Origin: Lactobacillus helsingborgensis | GTDB lineage: Bacteria > Bacillota > Bacilli > Lactobacillales > Lactobacillaceae | Assembly: GCF_000970855.1 (NCBI RefSeq) | Contig: NZ_KQ034055.1 | Coordinates: 25,633-49,632 of the forward strand | Direction of reading: 5' to 3' | Length of the DNA: 24,000 nucleotides | Shown here: positions 22,859 through 24,000 of the stretch, piece after piece | How the letters are laid out: the number at the start of each line of letters is the position of its first letter | Position numbering within the stretch: the stretch's first letter is position 1 | Translations under genes and position numbers: made by a program | The notes under the pieces: generated by a model | The model's input: the letters and a program-made list of their open reading frames with translations, nothing else | Databases searched by the model: none | What the model was told of the DNA's origin: nothing

Positions 22859-24000
22859 TCAATTTTTCTTTCTGTTTTCAAGGTGTATTTCATCGTCAAA
22901 CATATTTTTTAACCTTTGTTCAACTTTATGAGCAATAAAAACGATAGTTATATTTTGTTTTGTTAAATATTGCATAATGCTGTACATAGCATTAGAATCA
23001 ATGGCACTAGTACCCTCATCAATCAATAGAAAAGTAGAATGGTTAAATAAGCTTCTTGCTAAAACAATCTTTTGACGCTGACCACCTGAAATTTTTTCTG
23101 AGCTAATTACCGTTTCAAGTCCCATAGGTAAATCATCAATATCCTGATTTAGTTTTACATGATTACATATATGCTTAATATTGTGGTCAGATTGAGGTGA
23201 AAACATTGTAATGTTTTCACCTATAGTTGCTGGAAAAATAACCGGTTCTTGTGGTAAATAATCAATACTACTCAAATCTGGTTTTATTATTTTACCTTCG
23301 TGATTAATATAACTTATTTTTCCGCTTGTTGGATGTGTTAGCCCTTTAATAACTCTCAATAAAGTTGATTTTCCAGTACCATTGTCTCCAGTCAACAAAA
23401 CTTTTGTTCCAGGTTTAACTGTAAAATTCGGATAATTAATTACTTGCCCGTTCGAAAAAGTAACTTTCAAATTTGTCACTTGCACTCCCGTTACTACTTT
23501 ACCAGTTTGATTTTTAGTAACAACCTTTTTACATGAATCTTCCATCTTTTCTCTGAGTGGGCGAACGGATTTAATTAAACCCCAGCAGGTAGCTATATTC
23601 TTAATTGATCCAAAAAGATAAGAATCAAAATTACTTATACTAAAAATTACACCAAAGCGAATTATATTTTGTGTTACCAAAACGCTTGTTAGAATTAGCA
23701 TAATTGCATCCCCTACTAGATAAAGCAAACTACTAACATAATCAAAAATTTGGTTAACCTTATCATTACTTATATATGCTTGCTCCATATTTTGACTAGT
23801 ATCAGATAAAACTTTGAAAAATTTTTGACCAGAAAAATACTGGCGAATTTCGTTTAATCCAATTAACCATTGTCCCAAAGTTTTTAAATAATGTTCGTTT
23901 TCTTTCGACAAATTATTCATCGCTTTACTCAATGGTCTTTCAAAAAAATAAGGAGCCAAAATCTGTATGGCAACGATTAATAAGGACGTCAATAATAACA
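22859..24000 (-). CDS. ABC exporter, fused permease/ATP-binding protein (3' portion; N-terminus lies beyond the window)
   Basis: Walker A is LTGDNGTGKSTLL, the signature is ISGGQRQKIVLARSL and Walker B is FLLIDEGTSAID. These are preceded by type-I exporter TM helices (AIMLILTSVLVTQNIIRFGVIFSI). The frame stays open to the window edge. Confidence 0.85.
   Translation of the reverse strand, partial: LLLTSLLIVAIQILAPYFFERPLSKAMNNLSKENEHYLKTLGQWLIGLNEIRQYFSGQKFFKVLSDTSQNMEQAYISNDKVNQIFDYVSSLLYLVGDAIMLILTSVLVTQNIIRFGVIFSISNFDSYLFGSIKNIATCWGLIKSVRPLREKMEDSCKKVVTKNQTGKVVTGVQVTNLKVTFSNGQVINYPNFTVKPGTKVLLTGDNGTGKSTLLRVIKGLTHPTSGKISYINHEGKIIKPDLSSIDYLPQEPVIFPATIGENITMFSPQSDHNIKHICNHVKLNQDIDDLPMGLETVISSEKISGGQRQKIVLARSLFNHSTFLLIDEGTSAIDSNAMYSIMQYLTKQNITIVFIAHKVEQRLKNMFDDEIHLENRKKN

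Noticed and set aside
1-24000. Scan for CRISPR arrays, tRNA, rRNA and riboswitch-like leaders.
   Set aside because: I saw no regularly spaced direct repeats of 25-40 bp. I saw no cloverleaf-compatible GC-rich ~75-nt segments in the intergenic regions (4331-4598, 10838-11434, 16146-16446, 17840-18196, 21222-21536) and no rRNA-like conserved blocks. A by-eye scan cannot exclude small ncRNAs.

Overview
The window is AT-rich, low-GC Firmicute DNA. Gene content points to the Lactobacillus acidophilus group: helveticin-J-type proteins, a SLAP-domain surface protein and an APF-like LysM protein. This taxonomic call is an inference from protein motifs, not a database hit. Almost the whole window is accessory. 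(1) 190-4330 is a compact operon with a second SecA (no C-terminal Zn tail), a SecY paralogue 3 nt downstream and a small membrane-anchored CxxC thioredoxin-like protein. No Asp or Gtf genes lie between or after them. (2) 4599-8738 holds two signal-peptide-less helveticin-J-family paralogues flanking a secreted SLAP-domain protein, followed by an orphan LL-H-type holin pair. (3) 8843-10790 holds an Rgg/RNPP-like HTH regulator, divergent from an operon encoding a secreted 212-aa protein and an 82-aa polytopic membrane protein. (4) 11435-16201 is the most unusual part. It is a dedicated two-gene operon of diverged tandem paralogues (~770 aa each). Both have two transmembrane helices inserted between Walker A (GKWGSGKT) and Walker B (IIDDFDRL), which is the KAP-family NTPase hallmark. 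Their long helical C-terminal halves carry no recognisable effector, and they share a 99-bp patch of perfect DNA identity. (5) 16447-22827 is mobility and addiction debris. It contains a RelE/ParE-like toxin-antitoxin (TA) pair, a 203-aa catalytic-domain-only tyrosine recombinase with a repeat cluster upstream, a MazEF pair, an APF-like LysM protein, an XerS-like recombinase and a decayed IS3-family element. (6) 22859-24000 is the 3' part of an ABC exporter (fused TMD-NBD), truncated by the window edge. I found no rRNA, tRNA or CRISPR array. All family assignments rest on motifs read by eye from the supplied translations; no searches were run.
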